The notes beneath the pieces were generated by a model. It saw only the letters and a program-made list of their open reading frames with translations, did not search any database and was not told the origin of the DNA. Source: Acaryochloris marina S15 (GTDB lineage: Bacteria; Cyanobacteriota; Cyanobacteriia; Thermosynechococcales; Thermosynechococcaceae). From it: a stretch of DNA of 32,000 nt. This document shows positions 9,882 through 18,570 of this stretch, piece by piece (the stretch's first letter is position 1; every line of letters starts with the position of its first letter). The position numbers and the translations under genes were made by a program. The stretch is taken from positions 1,800,001 through 1,832,000 of the forward strand of contig NZ_CP064923.1 in assembly GCF_018336915.1 (NCBI RefSeq). The letters are read 5' to 3'.

Positions 9882-10490
9882 ATGAAAACATTTATAGAAA
9901 ATGAAGAAGCAGAGATTCAAGTTGAACTAATTCCGCTATTAGATGTCGTTTTTTGTCTCCTGGCGGTGTTTATCTTGGGAACGGTAGGGTTGAGTCGGCC
10001 TGAAGGGATTAATCTCAATCTTCCTAAGGCAGAAACAGGGACGCCCCAATTTAGCAGTAAATTCAGAGTGCAAGTTGGCATTCTCGGAGAGTTGTTGGCG
10101 AATAATCAACCGGTTAATCAAACTCAGCTGAAGCAGTTAGTGAGTCGCTATCTGCAAACGACCCCTCAAGGTGTTGTCATTTTGAAGGCTGATGGAGGTG
10201 CTACTTACGATCAGGTGATTACGGTTTTGGATGTGCTGCGGTCTGTGGGGGGAGAGCGGGTGGCTCTAGAGACCGTTAAAAGTGATCCAGTGACCCCTCC
10301 TGGTCAGGTTCCAGGTCAGGTTCCAGGTCAAAATGACGTGTTACCCGTTCCATCTGTAGATGGCCCTAATCCAGGGACCTTTCCCGCTGCGCCCAATCAG
10401 CCGTCTACTCAACCGATTACCCCGTTACCAGGACAACCTCTCGCTCCTTTACCGGGTTCTCAGCCTCAACCCAGCCCTGCTGCACCGTAA
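9882..10490 (+). CDS. exbD: ExbD/TolR-family protein with long Pro-rich C-terminal extension
   Basis: N-terminal TM (LIPLLDVVFCLLAVFIL) plus the ExbD periplasmic core (VILKADGGATYDQVITVLDVLRSVG), then about 70 aa with low-complexity P/Q/G-rich composition. Confidence 0.85.
   Translation: MKTFIENEEAEIQVELIPLLDVVFCLLAVFILGTVGLSRPEGINLNLPKAETGTPQFSSKFRVQVGILGELLANNQPVNQTQLKQLVSRYLQTTPQGVVILKADGGATYDQVITVLDVLRSVGGERVALETVKSDPVTPPGQVPGQVPGQNDVLPVPSVDGPNPGTFPAAPNQPSTQPITPLPGQPLAPLPGSQPQPSPAAP
10299..10331 (+). repeat. 12-bp tandem repeat (about 2.7 copies) inside exbD
   Basis: cctggtcaggtt / ccaggtcaggtt / ccaggtcaa, encoding PGQVPGQVPGQ. Confidence 0.9.
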
Positions 10491-10502
10491 GTACGCAATC
10501 AA

Positions 10503-11537
10503 TTAGTTCTGAGGTGATAAGGCTTGGTTTAGGGCTTGAAGTTGTGGGGTCGTTCCCATGCAAATCAGTAGATCTTGGCTGCGAAATTCAGTTTGTGCTG
10601 ATGGAGCGCCAATGAGTTCACCGTTGTCCCGACGGATGGCGAGGATGGAGGCACCGGTTTGCGATCGCACCCCCAATACCCCCAAGGTCTGACCAATATA
10701 GGGACAACTCTCCGTATCGATCAGCAGTTCTTCGATATAAAAATCCGGTTCACTGCCCGTTAAAGCCACATCCATAAAGTTGACGACTTGGGGCCGTAAG
10801 GCCGCTGCAACCATCCGTTTGCCAACGGTCATATAGGGGGAAACTACAGCATCTGCTCCGACTTGCTGCATTTTGGCTAGGGCATCTTCGCTATTGGCCC
10901 GGACAATGGCTCTGATGTTGGGATTGATGTTTTTAGCGGACAACACGGCGTATAGATTGTCGGCATCGGATGCCAGAGTAGTGACGATACCGCAGGCTCG
11001 TTCTATACCGGCTTGTAATAGGGTTTGATTTTGGATCGCGCTACCTTGAACTGTGACATAGCCCAAATTTTGGGCCATTTCAACCCCTTCTTCATCCTGA
11101 TCAATAATCACAAAGGGGATATTCTCTGAGGTGAACTCTTGGGCAATCTGTTGGCCGGTGCGACCAAACCCGCAGAGTACAAAGTGCTCTGAGACATCTT
11201 CTAGGAGCCGCCGCTGTTGTTGTAAACGGACTCCGTCTCGGAAATACCCTTGAATCACGGCTTCTGTAAAGCGATTGGCAATATAGCCGAGCCAAATCAC
11301 CCCGACGATAATCAAGACAATCGTGAATAACCGACCGCGATCGCTGAGGGGGTTCACTTCCATAAAGCCAACGGTGGAGAGGGTAATCACCGTCATATAG
11401 AGGGCATCGGTCAGGGGCCAATGTTCAACCAACCAATACCAAAGGGTGCCTAAGACAATGACGCCTCCGAAGGCCCCAATTCCTAAAAATAATTCTCGTT
11501 GAATCTGCTGATACTTTTTCTCCAAAATCGAGTACAC
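10503..11537 (-). CDS. Two-TM pore-loop cation channel with cytoplasmic RCK (TrkA-N plus TrkA-C) domains, MthK-like
   Basis: TM1, pore helix and filter-like TLSTVGFME, then TM2. A Rossmann motif (VLCGFGRTGQQIAQEF) and a TrkA-C-like C-terminus follow. Confidence 0.8.
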   Translation of the reverse strand: MYSILEKKYQQIQRELFLGIGAFGGVIVLGTLWYWLVEHWPLTDALYMTVITLSTVGFMEVNPLSDRGRLFTIVLIIVGVIWLGYIANRFTEAVIQGYFRDGVRLQQQRRLLEDVSEHFVLCGFGRTGQQIAQEFTSENIPFVIIDQDEEGVEMAQNLGYVTVQGSAIQNQTLLQAGIERACGIVTTLASDADNLYAVLSAKNINPNIRAIVRANSEDALAKMQQVGADAVVSPYMTVGKRMVAAALRPQVVNFMDVALTGSEPDFYIEELLIDTESCPYIGQTLGVLGVRSQTGASILAIRRDNGELIGAPSAQTEFRSQDLLICMGTTPQLQALNQALSPQN

Positions 11538-11864
11538 GGCAATAGTCCGTCGAAGAAATTGACCTGAACATCTGGGGAAAAAGATATTCGCCTCTAAATA
11601 GTAGGTCTAGATCGGTGTGTTTACAGATGGGAGTGGATTGAGTTGCATCTCGATAATTTCAGGGCTTCAGAGTATGACGAAGTATTTCGCTTTTTTATAA
11701 ACAAATCTAAATATTCTGGGGGTTAGTAGCAAATAATACGGTAGGAGTATTAGGAATCTGAATCAAAAACGGTAGTCACTAAGTGTGGAGTAATCCACGG
11801 GGGGACTTATTACGAGTGACTCTGCTAGTCATCAACCAATACTCTACCCGAGGAGGATAGACAA

Positions 11865-12293
11865 GTGATTCCATTAGCATGGGGCGTCAACACAATCCTA
11901 GGATTAGTCCTAAAACTGATTGTGACCGCCATTAGTCTCTTCATCATTTCCAAATTGCCATTTTTGGGTGTAGAAATTGATAGCCCGGGTAAGGCTGTCT
12001 TTTCTGCTTTTATCTTCGGCATCCTGAATGCTTTGGTCGTGCCTTTGTTTGGCCTATTGGAGTTAGGACCAAAACTGACTGATATTGTGATTGCTGGCCC
12101 CATTCACTTTGTCCTGAATATCATTATTTTTGCCCTGGCCGCTGCATTGGTGCCTGGGTTTAGCCTGAAAAATAAGATTTTAGATCCCATCGTCGGATCC
12201 ATCCTACTCACCATATTGAATACAGTGATTAATCATCTCCTACCTTTTGGTGGAACAGCAAAGGCAGCCTTGGTTATGGCTGGAATTGGTTAG
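11865..12293 (+). CDS. Phage-holin-family-IV-like (PF04020/DUF360-like) membrane protein
   Basis: 142 aa with four hydrophobic helices. The pattern ISLFIISKLPFLGVEIDSPGKAVFSAFIFGILNALVVPLF resembles this family. The GTG start has GAGGAGGA about 7 nt upstream. Confidence 0.6.
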   Translation: MIPLAWGVNTILGLVLKLIVTAISLFIISKLPFLGVEIDSPGKAVFSAFIFGILNALVVPLFGLLELGPKLTDIVIAGPIHFVLNIIIFALAAALVPGFSLKNKILDPIVGSILLTILNTVINHLLPFGGTAKAALVMAGIG

Positions 12294-12332
12294 TTTTCCT
12301 GTCAACGGTTTATTCGTTCCGCTGGCTAGCCA

Positions 12333-14042
12333 TTAGGTTTCAACGGACACAGGATGAGCCGTTACGGTTGGGCGGGTGGTTCGAGCCGCAATGGGCATGC
12401 GCCAACCCGTGCCAAAGGCTCGATCCGTAATCTTGAGTCCCGGCGGTGCTTGGCGACGTTTGAACTCAGCCCTTTTTACCATTTGAATAATGCGGTCCAC
12501 GATCGCAGCAGGGTGACCTGCTGCGATTATTTGTTGGCTAGATTGATGATTGTCGACATAGCGATAGAGAATATCATCCAACACCTCGTAGTCAGGCAGG
12601 GAGTCTTGATCCACTTGTCCGGGTTTGAGTTCAGCACTGGGGGGCTTGGTAATCACAGATTCGGGAATGATGATGTTCTGCTCTCCCAGTTCAGGCGGGG
12701 TGTTGGTATTAAGCCATCGGCATAGCTCGTACACACGGGTTTTAGGTACATCTGCAATGGCTGCTAAGCCCCCGTTCATATCCCCATAGAGGGTGCAGTA
12801 GCCGACGGCCATTTCCGATTTGTTGCCTGTGGAGATCAGCAAACGACTAAATTTATTGGCAATGGCCATCAGTAAATTGCCGCGAATCCGGGCTTGAATA
12901 TTTTCTTCGGCTACACCGGATTCTGTACCCGCAAAAACGGAGCCTAGGATATCGTCGTAGGTCTGCATCGCGGGTGCGATCTCTAACTGCGTAGTGGGCA
13001 TTCCTAAGTTCTGAGCCAGATCTTCCGCATCTTTAATGGAATGGTCAGAGCTATAGGGTGAAGGCATCAATACGCCCAAGACATTCTCCGGACCCAGGGC
13101 GGCAGCAGCAATGGCGGCGACTAAGGAAGAGTCAATGCCGCCACTGAGCCCTAGAACCGCTTGGCTAAACCCACATTTTTGAGCATAGTCCCGCAATCCC
13201 AGCACCAAGGTTGACCAGATTTCAGCATTGATATCAGTAACGGTAGGTTCGATTCGACTGGACAGTAAATCATGAGCTTCGTAGGTGAGGAATAATAAAT
13301 CCTGGGCAAAGCCGTTAGCTCGACCGACCACGTTTCCCTGGCGATTGACGGCGACACTGCGGCCATCAAAAATTAAGTCATCATTCCCTCCCACCTGATT
13401 GGCATAGATCAAGGGACAGTGATATTGCTGAGCATGGTGCCGCAACATCGCTTCTCGTAGTTCTTGCTTGCCTACGCAGAAGGGAGAGGCGGATAAGTTG
13501 ATAATCAAATCTACGTTGTAGCTCATCAGTTCTGCAACCGGATCAACCGCGTAGGCTTGTTTCTCCCAGAAATCTGAATTGTTCCACAGATCCTCACAGA
13601 TGGTGACCCCAATTTTGCCTTCTTTCAGGTCCAGGACATTGGGTTGGTTGCCAGGTTCAAAATAGCGATCTTCATCGAACACATCGTAGGTGGGCAACAA
13701 ATGCTTATGAAAACACTGTTGAATCTCGCCCTTATGCAAATGGACAATGCTATTGAATAAGGGTTTACCCCCCTGAGCCTTGTTCTGCTGCACGCTGCCC
13801 ACCAGCACATGAAGTTTGGCTGGCAACTGGGTGGCAAGCTGTTCTAATGCGGTTTGGGCCGCCTCCACAAAGCTAGGGTCGAGCAACAAGTCTCTTGGGG
13901 GATAACCACAAAGGGACAGCTCTGGGGTCAAGAGTAAGGTCGCCCCCTGCTGTTCGGCTGTGGTTGCCGCCGCTTCAATAGCCGCAGCATTTCCCACTAA
14001 ATCACCAATGGTGGGATTCAATTGTGCGATCGCAATCTTCAT
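12333..14042 (-). CDS. nadE: Glutamine-dependent NAD+ synthetase (CN-hydrolase domain plus NAD synthetase domain)
   Basis: 569 aa. The N-terminal nitrilase-like domain has TPELSLCGYPP and ICEDLW. The C-terminal PP-loop reads GLSGGIDSS. Confidence 0.92.
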   Translation of the reverse strand: MKIAIAQLNPTIGDLVGNAAAIEAAATTAEQQGATLLLTPELSLCGYPPRDLLLDPSFVEAAQTALEQLATQLPAKLHVLVGSVQQNKAQGGKPLFNSIVHLHKGEIQQCFHKHLLPTYDVFDEDRYFEPGNQPNVLDLKEGKIGVTICEDLWNNSDFWEKQAYAVDPVAELMSYNVDLIINLSASPFCVGKQELREAMLRHHAQQYHCPLIYANQVGGNDDLIFDGRSVAVNRQGNVVGRANGFAQDLLFLTYEAHDLLSSRIEPTVTDINAEIWSTLVLGLRDYAQKCGFSQAVLGLSGGIDSSLVAAIAAAALGPENVLGVLMPSPYSSDHSIKDAEDLAQNLGMPTTQLEIAPAMQTYDDILGSVFAGTESGVAEENIQARIRGNLLMAIANKFSRLLISTGNKSEMAVGYCTLYGDMNGGLAAIADVPKTRVYELCRWLNTNTPPELGEQNIIIPESVITKPPSAELKPGQVDQDSLPDYEVLDDILYRYVDNHQSSQQIIAAGHPAAIVDRIIQMVKRAEFKRRQAPPGLKITDRAFGTGWRMPIAARTTRPTVTAHPVSVET

Positions 14043-14051
14043 TTTTCGTTC

Positions 14052-14816
14052 CTACACAAAAACTAGCGGTTTATCCCGAAAAGGTGCAAAGGCTTCGACA
14101 TCGAAGCGATATAAAGTGGCAGGGCGACCCGCCCCGCGGCAGATTTTCTCCCCCGTATCGGCCAAAAATCCTAACTTCAACAGTCGAGATCGGAAATTAG
14201 AGTAATCCGTGAAGTTCTCCCCCAAAACAGTGCTGTAAAGCTGATAGAGATCTGCCAGGGTAAAGCAGTCTGGCAACACCTCAAAGGCGACAGGACTGTA
14301 CTCCAACTTGTTACATAGCCGTTGATGACCATAGTTGAGAATGTCTGGGTGATCAAAGGCGAGATTGGGTAATGCCTCGACGGGATGCCAATCAATTTCA
14401 CAGCCTTCGTCCACGATCAGCATGGCATCTTCATAACGGACGAGAGCGAAATAGCTGACGGATAAGTAGCGCACCCCAAAGCTGTCCGGCGCTTCCCGCG
14501 GATCTCGATGGGGACCACCAAAACTATAGAGCTGTTCAAGATACAGGTTCTCCACCCGTAACTTTTCCGCCAGAATTCGATAGGCAGCGGCCTCCAGGGA
14601 TTCGCCTTCTCGCACCAAGGTTCCGGGTAAAGCCCAGTCTCCTAAATAGGGATCACTGTGGCGCTTGACGAGCAGGGCCAGCAGACGATTTTGAGCCGTG
14701 TCCACGGAAAAAATGACATTGTCTACGCCGACCTTGAACTCTGCTAGGGCTGGGGTGGGGTAGTCAAGAGTAGAGGTTGTGGAGTTTCGTCGAGATGAGG
14801 ATGGGGCGCGTTCCAT
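14052..14816 (-). CDS. nrtR: Nudix-related transcriptional regulator of NAD metabolism (NrtR-like)
   Basis: An N-terminal Nudix fold with a degenerate Nudix box (GESLEAAAYRILAEKL rather than REUxEE) is joined to a C-terminal winged-helix segment ending GRPATLYRF. The gene is embedded in a NAD biosynthesis operon. The only usable start codon is the ATG at 14816. Confidence 0.7.
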   Translation of the reverse strand: MERAPSSSRRNSTTSTLDYPTPALAEFKVGVDNVIFSVDTAQNRLLALLVKRHSDPYLGDWALPGTLVREGESLEAAAYRILAEKLRVENLYLEQLYSFGGPHRDPREAPDSFGVRYLSVSYFALVRYEDAMLIVDEGCEIDWHPVEALPNLAFDHPDILNYGHQRLCNKLEYSPVAFEVLPDCFTLADLYQLYSTVLGENFTDYSNFRSRLLKLGFLADTGEKICRGAGRPATLYRFDVEAFAPFRDKPLVFV

Positions 14817-15376
14817 GAGTACAGATGATGTTGTTGAATGTAGGCAGCAATGGCGGGGGGGACATCGTTAATATCCCCCGTATGGCGATAGTGACTGGAT
14901 GATACGGGTGGGCCTTGAAAATTGGCGATGGCCAATTGTGCTCCCATCCTTTGGAGGGCTGTTAAGGCATCAGAATGGAGCTGAGCATCCGGTCGGTGCA
15001 AAATCAGGAGCTGGACTTGCTGGAATAAGGTTTCGACTCCATACCAATGGGGTAACGTTGTCACCACATCTGAACCGACCACTAGGGTTAGTTCAGCATG
15101 GGGCCAGAGCTGTTGGGCCTGCTGCACCGTGAACAGAGTCTTGGAATGACTTAACTCAGCCTGTAACCCCACATGTTCACAGCGCTGTTGCGAATCCTGA
15201 ATAAGCAATGCCAACATCCGCTGACGTTCAGACAAGACAGACTGGTGCTGTTTAAAGGGGTTGTCTGATGCCCAGATGGCCACATAATCGTAAAGCCCAG
15301 CTAACCATTCAATAATGGATTGATGCCCCACTGTGGGTGGGTCAGCACTGGTGCCGAAAAGTGCAATTTTCTTCAT
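14744..15376 (-). CDS. nadD: Nicotinate-nucleotide adenylyltransferase
   Basis: MKKIALFGTSADPPTVGHQ contains the (H/T)xGH nucleotidyltransferase motif. I trimmed the start to the ATG at 15376. The C-terminal 24 codons overlap nrtR. Confidence 0.85.
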   Translation of the reverse strand: MKKIALFGTSADPPTVGHQSIIEWLAGLYDYVAIWASDNPFKQHQSVLSERQRMLALLIQDSQQRCEHVGLQAELSHSKTLFTVQQAQQLWPHAELTLVVGSDVVTTLPHWYGVETLFQQVQLLILHRPDAQLHSDALTALQRMGAQLAIANFQGPPVSSSHYRHTGDINDVPPAIAAYIQQHHLYSWNAPHPHLDETPQPLLLTTPPQP

Positions 15377-15425
15377 AGAGCAAATCATCTAAGGGAACGG
15401 GGCGAGAAGGCGGGGGGACCGAGGG

Positions 15426-16808
15426 CTAGGCAGCCTCCGATGTCCGGCGAGTAGCTGCTGTTAAGGCTTGCAAATCGGTAGATAAGTGAATGGGCAAAGA
15501 GACCGGATTCGCCACACAACGAACCTCTGCTGACAAGCTTTGCACGGAAGCCAAGGTCCGTTGGGCAATGGTCTCCAAAGATTCTGGAGATGTGAGGCAT
15601 TGCCCTGCTTTCATCACAGGTTGTAAGAGGGGTTGACCCACAGGGGCCGCATCGTTGATCAAGCCCAGCTGATCTTGAATCACCTGCCCCTGATGAAACT
15701 GGCGGAAAATTTGTTTGCGTCCGGGATAGGTAATTTTGCCATTGGCCTCTTTCATAACCGGCTTATCATCGATGTCAACGAGTTTATACACACCGTTGAC
15801 AGGACTGCCCGTCACGAGCTTAGTCCCGACGCCATAGCCATTGATGTAGGCTCCAGCTTGGCGGAGTCGGAGAATCTCTTGCTCATCTAAATCTCCACTG
15901 ACCACAATTTTGGCCTTGGGCAGAAGCTGGTGAATCTGTTGGGATAATTCCACTAAATTTCCGGAGTCAAGGCGGATAGCGGGTACCTCTAGTTCCCCTG
16001 CTTTAACTTTCTCCGCCAGGGTTTGGGCTGCTGCGAGGGTGTCATAGGTATCAATCAACAAAGCGGCCTGGGGAAAGGTCCGGTGGAAGGCAGTAAAGGC
16101 CTGAAGTTCGGTCCCTTGGGTGGCAGTCATAGCCATAACTAACGCGTGGGCCATGGTTCCACTGGGTGTTCGGCCGAGCTTTTGGGCTGCTAAGACATTG
16201 GAAGTGGCATTTAATCCGGCAGCTAAGGCAGCTCGGGCTGCCCAGACCGAAGCCTGGGGCCCAAATGCTCGGCGGGTACCAAATTCTAAGACCGTGGCGT
16301 CGGGGCCAGCCGCGTCTCGCAATCGAGCTGCACGGGTGGCGATTAAGGTTTGATAGTTGATGGTATTAAGGATAAACGTTTCTACCCACTGGGCTTGCCA
16401 CAAAGGAGCCTCAATCCTCAAAAAGGGTTCATTGGCAAAGATCGGTGTTCCCTCTGGGACAGCCCAAACATCCCCGGTAAATCGACCCTGTTCTAACATG
16501 CTCCAAAACTGGGTGGGGGCATGACTAAATAAATCAGTTTCTTGGAGATACTGAATTTGCTGATCCGTAAATTTTAGGTTTTGTAGGTAATCTAAAACCT
16601 GTGCTAAACCCATCGCGACTAAATAGCCAAACTTGGCAGGTAAGCGCCGAACCGTTAATTCAAAGCTTGCAGGTATTTCTGCAAGATTCTCATTCAAATA
16701 GCAAGCAGACATGGTGGCTTGATATAAATCGGTCAAGAGATTATAGTCACTGGCAGAGAGGTTTAAAGATTGATCGGCTACCTCAGGGGGCTTAACCAGT
16801 CCTAACAT
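15426..16808 (-). CDS. pncB: Nicotinate phosphoribosyltransferase
   Basis: Full-length similarity to the NAPRTase family (LLTDLYQATMSACY, FGTRRA, GTMAHA). I set the start at the ATG at 16808, which has AGGAG 7 nt upstream. The ORF track begins at a TTG at 16832. Confidence 0.88.
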   Translation of the reverse strand: MLGLVKPPEVADQSLNLSASDYNLLTDLYQATMSACYLNENLAEIPASFELTVRRLPAKFGYLVAMGLAQVLDYLQNLKFTDQQIQYLQETDLFSHAPTQFWSMLEQGRFTGDVWAVPEGTPIFANEPFLRIEAPLWQAQWVETFILNTINYQTLIATRAARLRDAAGPDATVLEFGTRRAFGPQASVWAARAALAAGLNATSNVLAAQKLGRTPSGTMAHALVMAMTATQGTELQAFTAFHRTFPQAALLIDTYDTLAAAQTLAEKVKAGELEVPAIRLDSGNLVELSQQIHQLLPKAKIVVSGDLDEQEILRLRQAGAYINGYGVGTKLVTGSPVNGVYKLVDIDDKPVMKEANGKITYPGRKQIFRQFHQGQVIQDQLGLINDAAPVGQPLLQPVMKAGQCLTSPESLETIAQRTLASVQSLSAEVRCVANPVSLPIHLSTDLQALTAATRRTSEAA

Positions 16809-16906
16809 CGCTGAACTCCTAGTAAATATCAATGAAACCCCTGTGGAATCAGGGAGCAGCGATTGTCTAAAGATGAACTAAAACTCATTTTAGAAGCGCT
16901 TGTTTT

Positions 16907-16931
16907 AATTATAGTAAAAATTACCATAATT
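16907..16931 (-). promoter_or_regulatory. 25-bp imperfect palindrome in the pncB-nadD-nrtR-nadE promoter region; candidate NrtR operator overlapping a TATAAT box
   Basis: AATTATAGTAA-AAA-TTACCATAATT, with 10 of 11 arm positions complementary. It lies 99-123 nt upstream of the pncB ATG. The minus-strand reading contains TATAAT (complement of 16908-16913). Confidence 0.4.
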
Positions 16932-17137
16932 GCAAAGTCACCTCAAGAATAGGTTGGTAATTGTATTTAACTGAATTGCTCCGTTCGGAACAATTCTATA
17001 GACCCAGATCGTCAAGCAGATTGTTGAAGTGCAGGGTCAAGGATTCAAGAGATCTTTGCTACGACGGCAAATGATAAGATGGCCAGAACCTGAACTGATT
17101 ACGTCAGCGTCCTTACAGAGTTTATCGAACAGTGTTT

Positions 17138-17782
17138 ATGCAACCTTCCCGCTCATTCATCCCCGGTAACCGATATCTAGCCCTATTGGTTGCGTCTGTC
17201 TCTTTTGTCTCCTTCTTGCCTGTATCAGTTCAAGCTCAACGCGCAGGAGATTTAGATGGCTCTGGTGCTAGCCAGTCCTCTGATTTAGATAATGTTGAAG
17301 TATTGAGTCCCAGTATTACAGGGGGGTTATTTAGTATTCCAGCGGGAAAACGCTTGATGACTGAGGCCGAAAGCGCCTACAGTTCTCAAAATTTTGATTT
17401 GGCGGCCAACAAGCTTCAAGATGCCCGTCAAATCATGAACCAGCTTTCCAACTTCTATTCAACCCTGACCTCTAGTTTTCTAGGCGTTGACCGCCGGGTT
17501 TCCGAAAGTCACCGGAAAAAAGCACTAGAAACAGCACAACTTCGAGATAAATCAACCTATCAGCTGGCTTTGGTGTATCGAGCCCAAAATAAGCCCGAGA
17601 AAGCAATTCCTTTGTTAATTGAGATTATCCGTAGCCAAAACCCGTCTCGAAATTTGGGTAAGAAATCCTACCAGCAGTTGGTGGAATTAGGTTTTTCTGA
17701 CATTCCCTACCCCCGCACTCCAGGTGCTAAAACCTCCACTTCACCTGAAACGTCTCCAGAAGCGCCTGCACAGCCCAAGTAA
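17138..17782 (+). CDS. Secreted hypothetical protein (signal peptide, helical/TPR-like, Pro/Ser/Thr tail)
   Basis: N-terminal signal peptide (LALLVASVSFVSFLPVSVQAQ). The rest is helical with no nameable motif. I chose the ATG at 17138 over the GTG at 17132. Confidence 0.65.
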   Translation: MQPSRSFIPGNRYLALLVASVSFVSFLPVSVQAQRAGDLDGSGASQSSDLDNVEVLSPSITGGLFSIPAGKRLMTEAESAYSSQNFDLAANKLQDARQIMNQLSNFYSTLTSSFLGVDRRVSESHRKKALETAQLRDKSTYQLALVYRAQNKPEKAIPLLIEIIRSQNPSRNLGKKSYQQLVELGFSDIPYPRTPGAKTSTSPETSPEAPAQPK

Positions 17783-17880
17783 ATCCTCTTCTCATCTGCT
17801 TTTTGAAGTATTGAGGTTGCATAACGGACTCATAGTTTAAAGCTAAACTAGTGACGTTCTTATTTTCTTCAAGCATCTAG

Positions 17881-18153
17881 ATGATTAACCCGGATGACCT
17901 TACTGCAATGATTCAAGCTGGTTTGCCTGGGGCTGAAGTTTTTGTTCAGGATCTAACTGGGGGTGGTGATCATTATCAAGCAACGATCATTTCTGCCGAG
18001 TTTGCAGGCAAAACCCTGGTTCAACAACATCAGTTGGTCTATCGCTCAGTCAATCAAGTGATGGCCAGTGAGCAGTTGCATGCCCTAGCGCTGAAAACAT
18101 TCACGCCTGAAAAGTGGCAGGCCCAACAAGCAGATGTGGTGCAGTCCTCCTAA
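17881..18153 (+). CDS. BolA-family protein
   Basis: 90 aa. GGGDHYQATIISAEFAGK and LHALALKTFTPEKW are typical BolA signatures. It sits immediately upstream of a monothiol glutaredoxin, its usual partner. Confidence 0.85.
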   Translation: MINPDDLTAMIQAGLPGAEVFVQDLTGGGDHYQATIISAEFAGKTLVQQHQLVYRSVNQVMASEQLHALALKTFTPEKWQAQQADVVQSS

Positions 18154-18210
18154 CGACTGAATCACATCAATCATAAACCCCCTGATTAGAAGTAATTTTT
18201 GGATCCTGTT

Positions 18211-18534
18211 ATGACACCTGAATTGAAAGAACGCCTTGATAATTTAGTTCAAACCAACAAAGTCCTCGTGTTTATGAAGGGCTCTAAGCTGATGCCTCAA
18301 TGTGGATTTTCTAATAATGCGGTTCAGATCCTTAATAGTCTTGGCGCACCCTACGAAACGGTAGATGTGCTAGAAGACTCCGATATTCGCCAAGGAATTA
18401 AAGAGTATTCCAACTGGCCAACCATTCCCCAGGTCTATATCAATGGGGAGTTTGTGGGTGGTTCTGATGTCTTGATCGAGCTATATCAGCAGGGTGAGCT
18501 GCAGCAGTTGGTCGAGGTTGCCTTAGCCTCTTAA
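18211..18534 (+). CDS. grxD: Monothiol (CGFS) glutaredoxin, Grx4 family
   Basis: The CGFS active site (PQCGFSN) and [18 protein letters not shown] are present. The start is the ATG at 18211; the ORF track begins at an upstream TTG. Confidence 0.9.
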   Translation: MTPELKERLDNLVQTNKVLVFMKGSKLMPQCGFSNNAVQILNSLGAPYETVDVLEDSDIRQGIKEYSNWPTIPQVYINGEFVGGSDVLIELYQQGELQQLVEVALAS

Positions 18535-18570
18535 ATTATTTCAGCAGGTCTTTCTTTGCCGTAGCAAGAC

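Noticed and set aside
11774-11821. Nested inverted repeats (AGTCACT..GTGGA-gtaa-TCCAC..AGTGACT) in the leader of the holin-like gene, considered as a riboswitch or attenuator
   Set aside because: The stems are only 7 and 5 bp. They resemble no RNA family I know and could arise by chance.
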